A DNA stretch of 64,000 nucleotides. It comes from Eledone cirrhosa (lineage: Eukaryota). Of the stretch, positions 51,818 to 63,933 are shown piece after piece (position 1 is the stretch's first letter; each line of letters opens with the position of its first letter). Where the stretch lies: NCBI GenBank assembly GCA_964016885.1, contig OZ024742.1:334614001-334678000 (forward strand), in the 5' to 3' direction. The notes beneath the pieces were generated by a model. The model did not search any database. It was not told the DNA's origin and saw only the letters and a list, made by a program, of their open reading frames with translations. The translations under genes and the position numbers were made by a program.

Positions 51818-54800
51818 GATTTCTTTATTAACCACAAGGGTTTACATAAAGTAGACATTAAGGACAGTGCAGGACAATGCAGGACGGTACAAATGGGCAT
51901 TTCTGCGTGTAAAAAACAAAAACAGAGGATGTAACAAAAATAACAATGAAAAATTCCCCAATAGGGGGGAGACTTCGGAGGGACATTTGTGGAGAAAGCC
52001 CAGTAAAAAGCCACAATGACCCTGACCACCAAGGCAAGTGCCCTCTCCCAGTTTTCCACCTTTAGTTTACAGATATATACTCAGAGTCGGCCCATTCACT
52101 CGGGCCATTCTTGCTTCTCTCACCCATCTTTCAACAAAATGCTGGGAAGAGAGCACTTCCTTCTCTACTCTGATTTTCCTTTTCAAATGAAATTTGAAAA
52201 AGTCAATCAGAGCATCACCGAAGAGGTAAGTGCTCGTCTTCAGCCCTTTCAAACGTGTCCACCATACTATCTCTTTCGCCATGGCCACCAGACAGATAAA
52301 AACTGCCTGCCCTTCCCGGCTAAAGGAGGAGGGCGGGGCAATCCTCACGATAGACTCAGATGATAGCTGGATCCGTCCTAAACGCGACAGCAGGTGTTCG
52401 ACATAAACCCACAAGTCAGCAATTTTCGGACACTGGACGAGTGCGTGCAGGACGGTTTCGTCGCCCTGCGCGCATCTCGGACATGCCCGGCTGACGGCAC
52501 CTCCATGCCTGTAGAGTTTATCCCGAACTGGCAAGGCTCCTCGGTAGCACTGCCAGGCCAGAGATTTCTGGAAGTTGTCCATAGGCCCTGGCCCGAAAGT
52601 TCTTCCGAAGAGATTGGCTAGTTGATTTTCGTGGACGCCTAGAGTTTCCCCAAGTACGTCGTCGCTCTTCCCCTCCACTAATCCTCTATAGAACGCCGAG
52701 GTGGAGTTTCCACCGATCACATTGCCCGATTGGTCGAGGGCTGTGAGCGCCTGTAGACATTCCAGTCTCCAGGCGCTCCCTCTCGGTCTTCGCTTGACCC
52801 AGGACTGCAGCTCCGTCAAGGAAACGAGCTGGGGAAAAACGCGTCTAGCAAACGGCGACCACACCTGATCACCGTCGAGGAAGAGGTGGAGATGTCGTAG
52901 CCTGAGCGCGTGCCTGCGCATCATCAGCCACGGCATGCCCAGCCCTCCACGTAGCGGGTGTTGACAACAGATGGACCGCCTGACCATCGGAGCACGTCCC
53001 TTCCACAAAAAGCGAAAGAGCAAACGCTCCAGCGCAGTCAGGCGAGGCTTAGGACAAGGTACGACGGTTAGGCGGTAGCAGATGACAGACGCGATGTACG
53101 CGTTAGCCACCTCCGCTCGACCTTTCAGGGATAGCTTCCTCTCCGCCCATTTCTGGGTGAGAGAAGCCACCCTGCTCGTCACCTCGTCCCAGTTTTTGTC
53201 CGTCTGGAGGTCCGGACCGAACCAGACCCCTAGCAATTTAACCGGTCCGTCCGTCCAGCGCCCGACGACGCTGTTGGACGGCATGGACCTGCCTCTCCAG
53301 GTGCCGAGCTGCAGTCCCACTGACTTTTCCTGGTTGATCATTGCTCCTGTCACCGCTTCGTATTCTCTTAGTGTAGTGCCGATCGCCTCGATGTGTTTGG
53401 CGTTCGACACCACTACGGTGACATCGTCCGCATATGCTGACACGGATCTTCCGCATCCTAGTTCGCGCGGGACTCCGCTCAACGTCTCCAGTTTGTGCAG
53501 TAATGGCTCGAGAGTCAATACGTACAAGAGGGACGAGAGGGGACATCCTTGGCGGACCGAGCGCATGATGTTGAACGGTTCCGACAGGTGACCGTTCACT
53601 CTCACCACAGAGCAGATGTCGCTGTGCATGGCAGCGATCCAGCCTCTGAAGACGGGCCCAAAGCCAGCCGCCCTCAGGACTGCCGCTAGGTAACGATGGT
53701 CGACCCTATCGAAAGCTTTCGACTGATCTAAATTGATCAAGGACCCACCCGTGCCAGGTTCCCTAGCTACCCTCTCTACGATGTATCGCATGAGGTGGAG
53801 GTTGTCGTGGATGGATCTGTCGGGAATGGCGCCTGTCTGCGCCTCTCCCACCAGACCACCAACGACAAGCGCCAACCTCTTTGCTAGCACCTTGGCCAAA
53901 ATCTTAAACTCTGTGTTTAGCAGAGTTATGGGCCGGAAATTGTCTATGTTATTCCCCTTGTTCGGATCCTTTCTCAGCAGTGCCACCGCTCCTCGGCTCA
54001 CAGAACTGGGAATTCTCCCGTTCTGTTGCCAGTTGCAGTAGACGTCCGCCAAGAGGCCTCCGAACAAGTCTGGCATCTGTACGTAAAGTTCATAGGGCAG
54101 ACCATCCAAACCAGGCGATTTACCCCTTGTGCAGCCAGTCATTGTCTCCCGTACTTCAGCGGCTGTTATCGGCTTTTCGCAACACCTCGCCTCAGTGGCC
54201 GAGAGCGGCGGCAGTCCGTCGAGGTAGACACTAAAGTCCATCCCTCTACCCGGCCCCCCGCTGCCCCCGAACAGCTGAGCGAAGTGTCGCTGAAAAGCTT
54301 CACACATTTGCCCGGGATCGAGTAGCATGCGCCCGTCGTGGTCCACCAAAGACCGGATCGTGGCTTTGTTGCCACGACGCGCCTCCGCCACTCGGGCCCA
54401 TTGAACGGCTTTCGTCCCCTCGTGTCTGAGAGCACGCACCCTAGCTCTGACAACGCAGCCTTCGTGCTTTGCATTGAAGAATTGGTCAAGGGCCAATTTC
54501 GCCGCAAGCACGTCGGTCGCAATGCCTTTGCTAAGCGCCTCGTCTAATTTTCTAACTAGTTCTCCCTCTGCTCTATTTTTCTCTATTGCTAAAGCCTTAC
54601 TAAATCTAATCGATTCTATTCTAATCGCTCTTTTCAGAGCAACCCACCACTTGTTGTTGACGATGGCCCCCGTCAACGCCCGCTTAACTAGTTCGCTAAT
54701 CCGGTCTCTGTAGGCCTTGCGCGCTGGTAAGGACGCGTTTAGCTTCCAGTAGCCGGGTCCTCGTCTATGAAGCCTATCTAAGTCAAGCACACAGGTCACG

Positions 54801-57800
54801 AATTTGTGGTCCGTGTAGCTGACTATCTTGAATTGTGGACAGCCTATGCTAGACCTATCTATTTCCCTACAAAATACTCTATCTAGATATGATCTGGATG
54901 ACCCTATGCGGTTTGTCCAAGTCCACATTGGCACATTCGGGAAATCCAATCGGTACCTGTCAGACAGTTCAAAACGCCTAAGCAGGTTGGTGAGGCTCTT
55001 GCACCCTCCACCCCTATCCGCTAATCCCACACAGTCCCAGCGTGCATCTAAGATCCCGTTCCAGTCGCCCACTAACACTAAAGAGCGGGACGTTCCAAGA
55101 AAGGTCTCCAGACGCCGGAATAAATCAGGCCGCCCTGCTCCTGTCGGGGCATAGACGGCCACTAGCCTGAAAGCTTGCCCGTCTCCGCTGGTCACGTCCA
55201 GCACCACCAGCTTACCCTCTGGGTCCAGGAAGATGGCCCGTATGGCGAGATCCAAACCTCTCCGAAAAAGCACAGCAACTCCTCCACCCGATCCAGGACG
55301 GCTGGGAGATGCGTACACATCGTAGCCGCCGAAGATCGGTGCGAAGGCCCGTGCTTCGGAGATTCTGGTCTCGCTGATGGCCACTACATCTATGTTTAGT
55401 GACCTGAGGTCGTTGAGCAGGTGACCCTGCTTCCATGACGACCCCAAGCCACGCGCATTTATGCTGCCTATTCTGAGTGAGGTCATGTTTAAAATAGAGT
55501 GGAAAAGATGGGAAAGACCACTTACCGTACTTTTGGTAGAGGAGGGATGGTTTTTACATCCCTTTTCACTTGATCGTCTGGTGAAGGGACCGTTGAATCG
55601 TCCCTTCGGCTGGTCGTCGGCTCTTCTAAGAGAATGTCTGAATATACTCTTCGATTGATGGTTCCTCCTAGGTCCCTGAAATCACCAACTGCGTTGGGGA
55701 ATTTCGTTTTAATGTTTGTGTATTGTTTCTGTGCTATTTTTAGCAGTCTTATGTTAGTTGGCGTTTTGATTGGTGCTGGTATTATGTAGTCCTGTTGTGA
55801 AATGTCTGTGTGTTCAATTATGTAAGTCATTAGTTTCTTGTTGTGTGTGTTTATTGCCGTGCATTTGTTTTTCTGGGGGTGGGGTGTGGTTCTGCTATTT
55901 TCTTGTCGTTGTTGCTGGGTGTGTGTGTTTTGTTGTTGTGTTTGCGATGTTGGTGCTTGTGGTGGTGGTGTTGAAGGTGTTGTTGGCGGTGGGGTTGTCG
56001 CCGGTGGTGATGGTGGCGCTAGTGTGGGTGGTGATGGTGTTGGTGTTGTTGCTGCTGTGGGTCTCTTTGCAGTAGACTTTACCCTTTTCTCATTTCTTTC
56101 CTCCCTTTTCAAAGGCGACGATGCGCTGCTTCTGCGTTTGTGCCTTCTTGCGACCTTTTGCCATCCCTCTCCCACCTCACACTCCATGTCTGATTCTGTA
56201 AGGTCGGGGAGGGGTACCAGCTCCACTCTTTCACTTGTTGTTGTTGGTGATGTTTGCACTGGAGTCTCTGTTGCAGCTGCATTTGGTATTGCTGTTGTTG
56301 TTGTTAATATTTCCACTGCTGCTGCTGTCTTTGATTTCCGTGGAGTGGGTATGGGTGCCACGGACCTATCGTTCCTGGTTGCCGCTTGTCCTGTTGCTGG
56401 TAGCCGTGGAGCCGGATTCGGAAGGAGGGGGGTGTTCTCCTTTCTCAGGGTCTTCTCGTTGCAGAAGGCCCTGAGGTGAGTCTTCGATCCACAGCGAAAG
56501 CATTTCGGGCGTTTGCCCTCAACACTTATGGGAAGTTGAGTGCCGTTATCGAAGTCTATCACATCCGGGAGCTTCGATGCACTCCTGGTTGGTTTGGATT
56601 AGCATCTCAATGGAGGAGCCGACCCAATCTTCTCTTAATTTTTTCTGTACTTGCAGTACAGTTGTTTTGTCCTCGATTCCGACGAGGACAGACGCGGCTA
56701 GCCAAGAAGGGGTCATTCCGGGGGGGACGTGGGTCAGTTTGACCCTCACAATTTTTTGCCCGCAGTAGGAGGGCACCAACACCATTTCCTCGCTCCTTAG
56801 GGTCACTACTGATTGGGCCTTTGCCTCCTGGGGTGTGGCAAAAAGTACGTCTACGGTGGCGTATTTTTTGCCTCGGGTGATGTGCGTTTTCCTCTGCCAC
56901 ACAGACCCCAAGGCTTTTTGTATTTGGGCCTCTGTGGCTCTTTCCACCCTACGGGATTTTGTACTTACTGTACGGTACGTGACCGTACAGAGCTCTTGGG
57001 TCTCGAAAAACTTTTCCGCTGCCTTGCAGATTGCTCGGTGTCCGTTCTTTGTCACCATCTTCTTCGCTTCCTCTAATTCCTCATTTGTTATGAGGATTGT
57101 TTCCAAGTTTTTCGCAATACCTGCAAATGAGATTGGTTTTTCTCTGCTGTTGTTGTTGTCGTCAGAGCTGCTGGTACTTTTGTTGTTGCTGCAGGTACTA
57201 CGACTACTGCCTCCGCCGCTGTTGCTGTGGTTGTTGTTGGTGTTGCTGCTGCTAATGCTGTTGTTGTTTATGCTGCTGGTGATGCTGTTGCGGCTGCTAC
57301 TGTTGTTTTCATTGTCACTGTTGCTGTTGTTATTACGGCTGCTACTGCTATTATTCCTGACGTCAGACGAATGAACTGGGTTTTCGTATTTCCCGCACAC
57401 CTGTTTCGTCGCTGTCGTCGTCGTCGTGGAGAAACCTTGCACGCTTTGCACGAGACTTTTCTTTTCTTTCGTCACTTGCGAAAGAGAAGAGAGGGAGAGA
57501 GACACATTTAAAGAAGGGAGGGAGAGAGACAATCTTCTCTCTGCTGTAGTGATGATTGAGGAAGAAGAAGACGGAATGAGTGGGAGTGACGTATGAAATT
57601 TCTTTTTCGTAGCCATGTTGTTTTTTTGTTTAAAATGAAATTTTGGGTACAAAACCCCGATAACTGGTTATTTAACCCCGAAGGGCCAAATAACAGACAG
57701 AAAGACCCCTCTCACGAGGAGGAGGGTGTCTTTATCAACAATTTGGTTCAAGTTTTAAACAATTTACAATTGTTTTAACGGTTAAAAATTACTATACCTT

Positions 57801-57832
57801 ACAGAGCCGAGCCTCCGTCAACCATGGCATTC
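51818..57832 (-). mobile_element. Tx1/L1-clade LINE copy C (ORF2 intact, ORF1 frameshifted near 56570)
   Basis: Near-identical repeat of copies B and D. Confidence 0.96.
52067..55486 (-). CDS. LINE ORF2: apurinic-type endonuclease, reverse transcriptase and C-terminal zinc finger (1139 aa)
   Basis: APE motifs INARG, ISET, VYAP, GDWN, YLDR, TDH and WKLN. RT motifs KSPGLDG, FRPITLLN, LDQSKAFDRV, RQGCPLS, AYADD and LGV. Finger CPRC..ETVLHAL.QC. Confidence 0.96.
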   Translation of the reverse strand: MTSLRIGSINARGLGSSWKQGHLLNDLRSLNIDVVAISETRISEARAFAPIFGGYDVYASPSRPGSGGGVAVLFRRGLDLAIRAIFLDPEGKLVVLDVTSGDGQAFRLVAVYAPTGAGRPDLFRRLETFLGTSRSLVLVGDWNGILDARWDCVGLADRGGGCKSLTNLLRRFELSDRYRLDFPNVPMWTWTNRIGSSRSYLDRVFCREIDRSSIGCPQFKIVSYTDHKFVTCVLDLDRLHRRGPGYWKLNASLPARKAYRDRISELVKRALTGAIVNNKWWVALKRAIRIESIRFSKALAIEKNRAEGELVRKLDEALSKGIATDVLAAKLALDQFFNAKHEGCVVRARVRALRHEGTKAVQWARVAEARRGNKATIRSLVDHDGRMLLDPGQMCEAFQRHFAQLFGGSGGPGRGMDFSVYLDGLPPLSATEARCCEKPITAAEVRETMTGCTRGKSPGLDGLPYELYVQMPDLFGGLLADVYCNWQQNGRIPSSVSRGAVALLRKDPNKGNNIDNFRPITLLNTEFKILAKVLAKRLALVVGGLVGEAQTGAIPDRSIHDNLHLMRYIVERVAREPGTGGSLINLDQSKAFDRVDHRYLAAVLRAAGFGPVFRGWIAAMHSDICSVVRVNGHLSEPFNIMRSVRQGCPLSSLLYVLTLEPLLHKLETLSGVPRELGCGRSVSAYADDVTVVVSNAKHIEAIGTTLREYEAVTGAMINQEKSVGLQLGTWRGRSMPSNSVVGRWTDGPVKLLGVWFGPDLQTDKNWDEVTSRVASLTQKWAERKLSLKGRAEVANAYIASVICYRLTVVPCPKPRLTALERLLFRFLWKGRAPMVRRSICCQHPLRGGLGMPWLMMRRHALRLRHLHLFLDGDQVWSPFARRVFPQLVSLTELQSWVKRRPRGSAWRLECLQALTALDQSGNVIGGNSTSAFYRGLVEGKSDDVLGETLGVHENQLANLFGRTFGPGPMDNFQKSLAWQCYRGALPVRDKLYRHGGAVSRACPRCAQGDETVLHALVQCPKIADLWVYVEHLLSRLGRIQLSSESIVRIAPPSSFSREGQAVFICLVAMAKEIVWWTRLKGLKTSTYLFGDALIDFFKFHLKRKIRVEKEVLSSQHFVERWVREARMARVNGPTLSIYL

Positions 57833-57868
<36 letters not shown>

Positions 57869-57870
<2 letters not shown>

Positions 57871-60800
57871 TTTCTTTATTAACCACAAGGGTTTACATAA
57901 AGTAGACATTAAGGACAGTGCAGGACAATGCAGGACGGTACAAATGGGCATTTCTGCGTGTAAAAAAACAAAAACAGAGGATGTAACAAAAATAACAATG
58001 AAAATAACAATGAAAAATTCCCCAATAGGGGGGAGACTTCGGAGGGACATTTGTGGAGAAAGCCCAGTAAAAAGCCACAATGACCCTGACCACCAAGGCA
58101 AGTGCCCTCTCCCAGTTTTCCACCTTTAGTTTACAGATATATACTCAGAGTAGGCCCATTCACTCGGGCCATTCTTGCTTCTCTCACCCATCTTTCAACA
58201 AAATGCTGGGAAGAGAGCACTTCCCTCTCTACTCTGATTTTCCTTTTCAAATGAAATTTGAAAAAGTCAATCAGAGCATCACCGAAGAGGTAAGTGCTCG
58301 TCTTCAGCCCTTTCAAACGTGTCCACCATACTATCTCTTTCGCCATGGCCACCAGGCAGATAAAAACTGCCTGCCCTTCCCGGCTAAAGGAGGAGGGCGG
58401 GGCAATCCTCACGATGGACCCAGATGATAGCCGGATCCGTCCTAAACGCGACAGCAGGTGTTCGACATAAACCCACAAGTCAGCAATTTTCGGACACTGG
58501 ACGAGTGCGTGCAGGACGGTTTCGTCGCCCTGCGCGCATCTCGGACATGCCCGGCTGACGGCACCTCCATGCCTGTAGAGTTTATCCCGAACTGGCAAGG
58601 CTCCTCGGTAGCACTGCCAGGCCAGAGATTTCTGGAAGTTGTCCATAGGCCCTGGCCCGAAAGTTCTTCCGAAGAGATTGGCTAGTTGATTTTCGTCGAC
58701 GCCTAGAGTTTCCCCAAGTACGTCGTCGCTCTTCCCCTCCACTAATCCTCTATAGAACGCCGAGGTGGAGTTTCCACCGATCACATTGCCCGATTGGTCG
58801 AGGGCTGTGAGCGCCTGAAGACATTCCAGTCTCCAGGCGCTCCCTCTCGGTCTTCGCTTGACCCAGGACTGCAGCTCCGTCAAGGAAACGAGCTGGTGAA
58901 ACACGCGTCTAGCAAACGGCGACCACACCTGATCACCGTCGAGGAAGAGGTGGAGATGTCGTAGCCTGAGCGCGTGCCTGCGCATCATCAGCCACGGCAT
59001 GCCCAGCCCTCCACGTAGCGGGTGTTGACAACAGATGGACCGCCTGACCATCGGAGCGCGTCCCTTCCACAAAAAGCGAAAGAGCAAACGCTCCAGCACA
59101 GTCAGGCGAGGCTTAGGACAAGGTACGACGGTCAGGCGGTAGCAGATGACGGACGCGATGTACGCGTTAGCCACCTCCGCTCGACCTTTCAGGGATAGCT
59201 TCCTCTCCGCCCATTTCTGGGTGAGAGAAGCCACCCTGCTCGTCACCTCGTCCCAGTTTTTGTCCGTCTGGAGGTCCGGACCGAACCAGACCCCTAGCAA
59301 TTTAACCGGTCCGTCCGTCCAGCGTCCGACGACGCTGTTGGACGGCATGGACCTGCCTCTCCAGGTGCCGAGCTGCAGGCCCACTGACTTTTCCTGGTTG
59401 ATCATTGCTCCTGTCACCGCTTCGTATTCTCTTAGTGTAGTGCCGATCGCCTCGATGTGTTTGGCGCTCGCCACCACTACGGTGACATCGTCCGCATATG
59501 CTGACACTGATCTTCCGCATCCTAGTTCGCGCGGGACTCCCCTCAACGTCTCCAGTTTGTGCAGTAATGGCTCGAGAGTCAATACGTACAAGAGGGACGA
59601 GAGGGGACATCCTTGGCGGACCGAGCGCATGATGTTGAACGGTTCCGACAGGTGACCGTTCACTCTCACCACAGAGCAGATGTCGCTGTGCATGGCAGCC
59701 ATCCAGCCTCTGAAGACGGGCCCAAAGCCAGCCGCCCTCAGGACTGCCGCTAGGTAACGATGGTCGACCCTATCGAAAGCTTTCGACTGATCTAAATTGA
59801 TCAAGGACCCACCCGTGCCAGGTTCCCTAGCTACCCTCTCTACGATGTATCGCATGAGGTGGAGGTTGTCGTGGATGGATCTGTCGGGAATGGCGCATGT
59901 CTGCGCCTCTCCCACCAGACCACCAACGACAAGCGCCAACCTCTTTGCTAGCACCTTGGCCAAAATCTTAAACTCTGTGTTTAGCAGAGTTATGGGCCGG
60001 AAATTGTCTATGCTATCCCCCTTGTTCGGATCCTTTCTCAGCAGTGCCACCGCTCCTCGGCTCACAGAACTGGGAATTCTCCCGTTCTGTTGCCAGTTGC
60101 AGTAGACGTCCGCCAAGAGGCCTCCGAACAAGTTTGGCATTTGTACGTAAAGTTCATAGGGCAGACCATCCAAACCAGGCGATTTACCCCTTGTGCAGCC
60201 AGTCATTGCCTCCCTTACTTCAGCGGCTGTTATCTGCTTTTCGCAACACTTCGCCTCAGTGGCCGAGAGCCGCGGCAGTCCGTCGAGGTAGACACTAAAG
60301 TCCATCCCTCTACCCGGCCCACCGCTGCCCCCGAACAGCTGAGCGAAGTGTCGCTGAAAAGCTTCACACATTTGCCCGGGATCGAGTAGCATGCGCCCGT
60401 CGTGGTCCACCAAAGACCGGATCGTGGCTTTGTTGCCACGACGCGCCTCCGCCACTCGGGCCCATTGAACGGCTTTCGTCCCCTCGTGTCTGAGAGCACG
60501 CACCCTTGCTCTGACAACGCAGCCTTCGTGCTTTGCATTGAAGAATTGGTCAAGGGCCAATTTCGCCGCAAGCACGTCGGTCGCAATGCCTTTGCTAAGC
60601 GCCTCGTCTAATTTTGTAACTAGTTCTCCCTCTGCTCTATTTTTCTCTATTGCTAAAGCCTTACTAAATCTAATCGATTCTATTCTAATCGCTCTTTTCA
60701 GAGCAAACCACCACTTGTTGTTGACGATGGCCCCCGTCAACGCCCGCTTAACTAGTTCGCTAATTCAGTCTCTGTAGGCCTTGCGCGCTGGTAAGGACGC

Positions 60801-63800
60801 GTTTAGCTTCCAGTAGCCGGGTCCTCGTCTATGAAGCCTATCTAAGTCAAGCACACAGATCACGAATTTGTGGTCCGTGTAGCTGACTATCTTGAATTGT
60901 GGACAGCCTATGCTAGACCTATCTATTTCCCTACAAAATACTCTATCTAGATATGATCTGGATGACCCTATGCGGTTTGTCCAAGTCCACATTGGCACAT
61001 TCGGGAAATCCAATCGGTACCTGTCAGACAGTTCAAAACGCCTGAGCAGGTTGGTGAGGCTCTTGCACCCTCCACCCCTATCCGCTAATCCCACACAGTC
61101 CCAGCGTGCATCTAAGATTCCGTTCCAGTCGCCCACTAACACTAAAGAGCGGGACGTTCCAAGAAAGGTCTCCAGACGCCGGAAGAAATCAGGCCGCCCT
61201 GCTCCTGTCGGGGCATAGACGGCCACTAGCCTGAAAGCTTGCCCGTCTCCGCTGGTCACGTCCAGCACCACCAGCTTACCCTCTGGGTCCAGGAAGATGG
61301 CCCGTATGGCGAGATCCAAACCTCTCCGAAAAAGTACAGCAACACCTCCACCGGATCCAGGACGGCTGGGAGATGCGTACACATCGTAGCCGCCGAAGAT
61401 CGGTGCGAAGGCCCGTGCTTCGGAGATTCTGGTCTCGCTGATGGCCACTACATCTATGTTTAGTGACCTGAGGTCGTTGAGCAGGTGACCCTGCTTCCAT
61501 GACGACCCCAAGCCACGCGCATTTATGCTGCCTATTCTGAGTGAGGTCATGTTTAAAATAGAGTGGAAAAGATGGGAAAGACCACTTACCGTACTTTTGG
61601 TAGAGGAGGGATGGTTTTTACATCCCTTTTCACTTGATCGTCTGGTGAAGGGACCGTTGAATCGTCCCTTCGGCTGGTCGTCGGCTCTTCTAAGAGAATG
61701 TCTGAGTATACTCTTCGATTGATGGTTCCTCCTAGGTCCCTGAAATCACCAACTGCGTTGGGGAATTTCGTTTTAATATTTGTGTATTGTTTCTGTGCTA
61801 TTTTTAGCAGTCTTATGTTAGTTGGCGTTTTGATTGGTGCTGGTATTATGTATTCCTGTTGTGAAATGTCTGTGTGTTCAATTATGTAAGTCATTAGTTT
61901 CTTGTTGTGTGTATTTATTGCCGTGCATTTGTTTTTCTGGGGGTGGGGTGTGGTTCTGCTATTTTCTTGTCGTTGTTGCTGGGTGTGTGTGTTTTGTTGT
62001 TGTGTTTGCGATGTTGGTGCTTGTGGTGGTGGTGTTGAAGGTGTTGTTGCCGGTGGGGTTGTCGCCGGTGGTGATGGTGGCGCTAGTGTGGGTGGTGATG
62101 GTGTTGGTGTTGTTGCTGCTGTGGGTCTCTTTGCAGTAGACTTTACCCTTTTCTCATTTCTTTCCTCACTTTTCAAAGGCGACGATGCGCTGCTTCTGCG
62201 TTTGTGCCTTCTTACGACCTTTTGCCATCTCTCTCCCACCTCACACTCCATGTCTGATTCTGTGAGGTCGGGGAGGGGTACCAACTCCACTCTTTCACTT
62301 GTTGTTGTTGGTGATGTTTGCACTGGAGTCTCTGTTGCAGCTGCATTTGGTATTGCTGTTGTTGTTGTTAGTATTTCCACTGCTGCTGCTGTTTTTGATT
62401 TCCGTGGAGTGGGTATGGGTGCCACGGGCCTATCGTTCCTGGTTGCCGCTTGTCCTGTTGCTGGTAGCCGTGGAGCCGGATTCGGAAGGAGGGGGGTTTT
62501 CTCCTTTCTCAGGGTCTTCTCGTTGCAGAAGGCCCTGAGGTGAGTCTTCGATCCACAGCGAAAGCATTTCGGGCGTTTGCCCTCAACACTTATGGGAAGT
62601 TGAGTGCCGTTATCGAAGTCTATCACATCCGGGATAGCTTCGATGCACTCCTGGTTGGTTTGGATTAGCATCTCAATGGAGGAGCCGACCCAATCTTCTC
62701 TTACTTTTTTCTGTACTTGCAGTACAGTTGTTTTGTCCTCGATTCCGACGAGGACAGACGCGGCCAGCCAAGAAGGGGTCATTCCGGGGGGGACGTGGGT
62801 CAGTTTGACCCTCACAATTTTTTGCCCACAGTAGGAGGGCACCAACACCATTTCCTCGCTCCTTAGGGTCACTACTGATTGGGCCTTTGCCTCCTGGGGT
62901 GTGGCAAAAAGTACGTCTACGGTGGCATATTTTTTGCCTCGGGTGATGTGCGTTTTCCGCTGCCACACAGACCCCAAGGCTTTTTGTATTTGGGCCTCTG
63001 TGGCTCTTTCCACCCTACGGGATTTTGTACTTACTGTACGGTACGTGACCGTACAGTGCTCTTGGGTTTCGAAAAAATTTTTCGCTGCCTTGCAGATTGC
63101 TCGGTGTCCGTTCTTTGTCACCATCTTCTTCGCTTCCTCTAATTCCTCATTTGTTATGAGGATTGTTTCCAAATTTTTCGCAATACCTGCAAATGAGATT
63201 GGTTTTTCTCTGCTGTTGTTGTTGTCGTCAGAGCTGCTGGTATTTTTGTTGTTGCTGCAGGTACTACGACTACTGCCTCCGCCGCTGTTGCTGTGGTTGT
63301 TGTTGGTGTTGCTGCTGCTAATGCTGTTGTTGTTTATGCTGCTGGTGATGCTGTTGCGGCTGCTACTGTTGTTTTCATTGTCACTGTTGCTGTTGTTATT
63401 ACGGCTGCTACTGCTATTATTCCTGACGTCAGACGAATGAACTGGGTTTTCGTATTTCCCGCACACCTGTTTCGTCGCTGTCGTCGTCGTCGTGGAGAAA
63501 CCTTGCACGCTTTGCACGAGACTTTTCTTTTCTTTCGTCACTTGCGAAAGAGAAGGGAGGGAGAGAGACACATTTAAAGAAGGGAGGGAGAGAGACAATC
63601 TTCTCTCTGCTGTAGTGATGATTGAGGAAGAAGAAGACGGAATGAGTGGGAGTGACGTATGAAATTTCTTTTTGGTAGCCATGTTTTTTTGTTTAAAATG
63701 AAATTTTGGGTACAAAACCCCAATAACTGGTTATTTAACCCCGAAGGGCCAAATAACGGACAGAAAGACCCCTCTCACGAGGAGGAGGGTGTCTTTATCA

Positions 63801-63895
63801 ACAATTTGGTTCAAGTTTTAAACAATTTACAATTGTTTTAACGGTTAAAAATTACTATACCTTACAGAGCCGAGCCTCCGTCAACCATGGCATTC
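57869..63895 (-). mobile_element. Tx1/L1-clade LINE copy D (ORF1 open, ORF2 with a nonsense codon at 60765)
   Basis: ORF1 63682-61586. ORF2 61550-58131 has a CGG-to-TGA change. Confidence 0.96.
61586..63682 (-). CDS. Tx1-type ORF1, copy D
   Basis: Same protein as the copy B ORF1, with ATG at 63682. Confidence 0.88.
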   Translation of the reverse strand: MATKKKFHTSLPLIPSSSSSIITTAERRLSLSLPSLNVSLSLPSLSQVTKEKKSLVQSVQGFSTTTTTATKQVCGKYENPVHSSDVRNNSSSSRNNNSNSDNENNSSSRNSITSSINNNSISSSNTNNNHSNSGGGSSRSTCSNNKNTSSSDDNNNSREKPISFAGIAKNLETILITNEELEEAKKMVTKNGHRAICKAAKNFFETQEHCTVTYRTVSTKSRRVERATEAQIQKALGSVWQRKTHITRGKKYATVDVLFATPQEAKAQSVVTLRSEEMVLVPSYCGQKIVRVKLTHVPPGMTPSWLAASVLVGIEDKTTVLQVQKKVREDWVGSSIEMLIQTNQECIEAIPDVIDFDNGTQLPISVEGKRPKCFRCGSKTHLRAFCNEKTLRKEKTPLLPNPAPRLPATGQAATRNDRPVAPIPTPRKSKTAAAVEILTTTTAIPNAAATETPVQTSPTTTSERVELVPLPDLTESDMECEVGERWQKVVRRHKRRSSASSPLKSEERNEKRVKSTAKRPTAATTPTPSPPTLAPPSPPATTPPATTPSTPPPQAPTSQTQQQNTHTQQQRQENSRTTPHPQKNKCTAINTHNKKLMTYIIEHTDISQQEYIIPAPIKTPTNIRLLKIAQKQYTNIKTKFPNAVGDFRDLGGTINRRVYSDILLEEPTTSRRDDSTVPSPDDQVKRDVKTIPPLPKVR

Positions 63896-63931
<36 letters not shown>

Positions 63932-63933
<2 letters not shown>

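Noticed and set aside
39667-63841. Repeated plus-strand ORFs (e.g. 169 aa, 213 aa, 179 aa) within the LINE copies
   Set aside because: They are antisense shadows of ORF1/ORF2 codon and low-complexity bias, repeated only because the elements are repeated.
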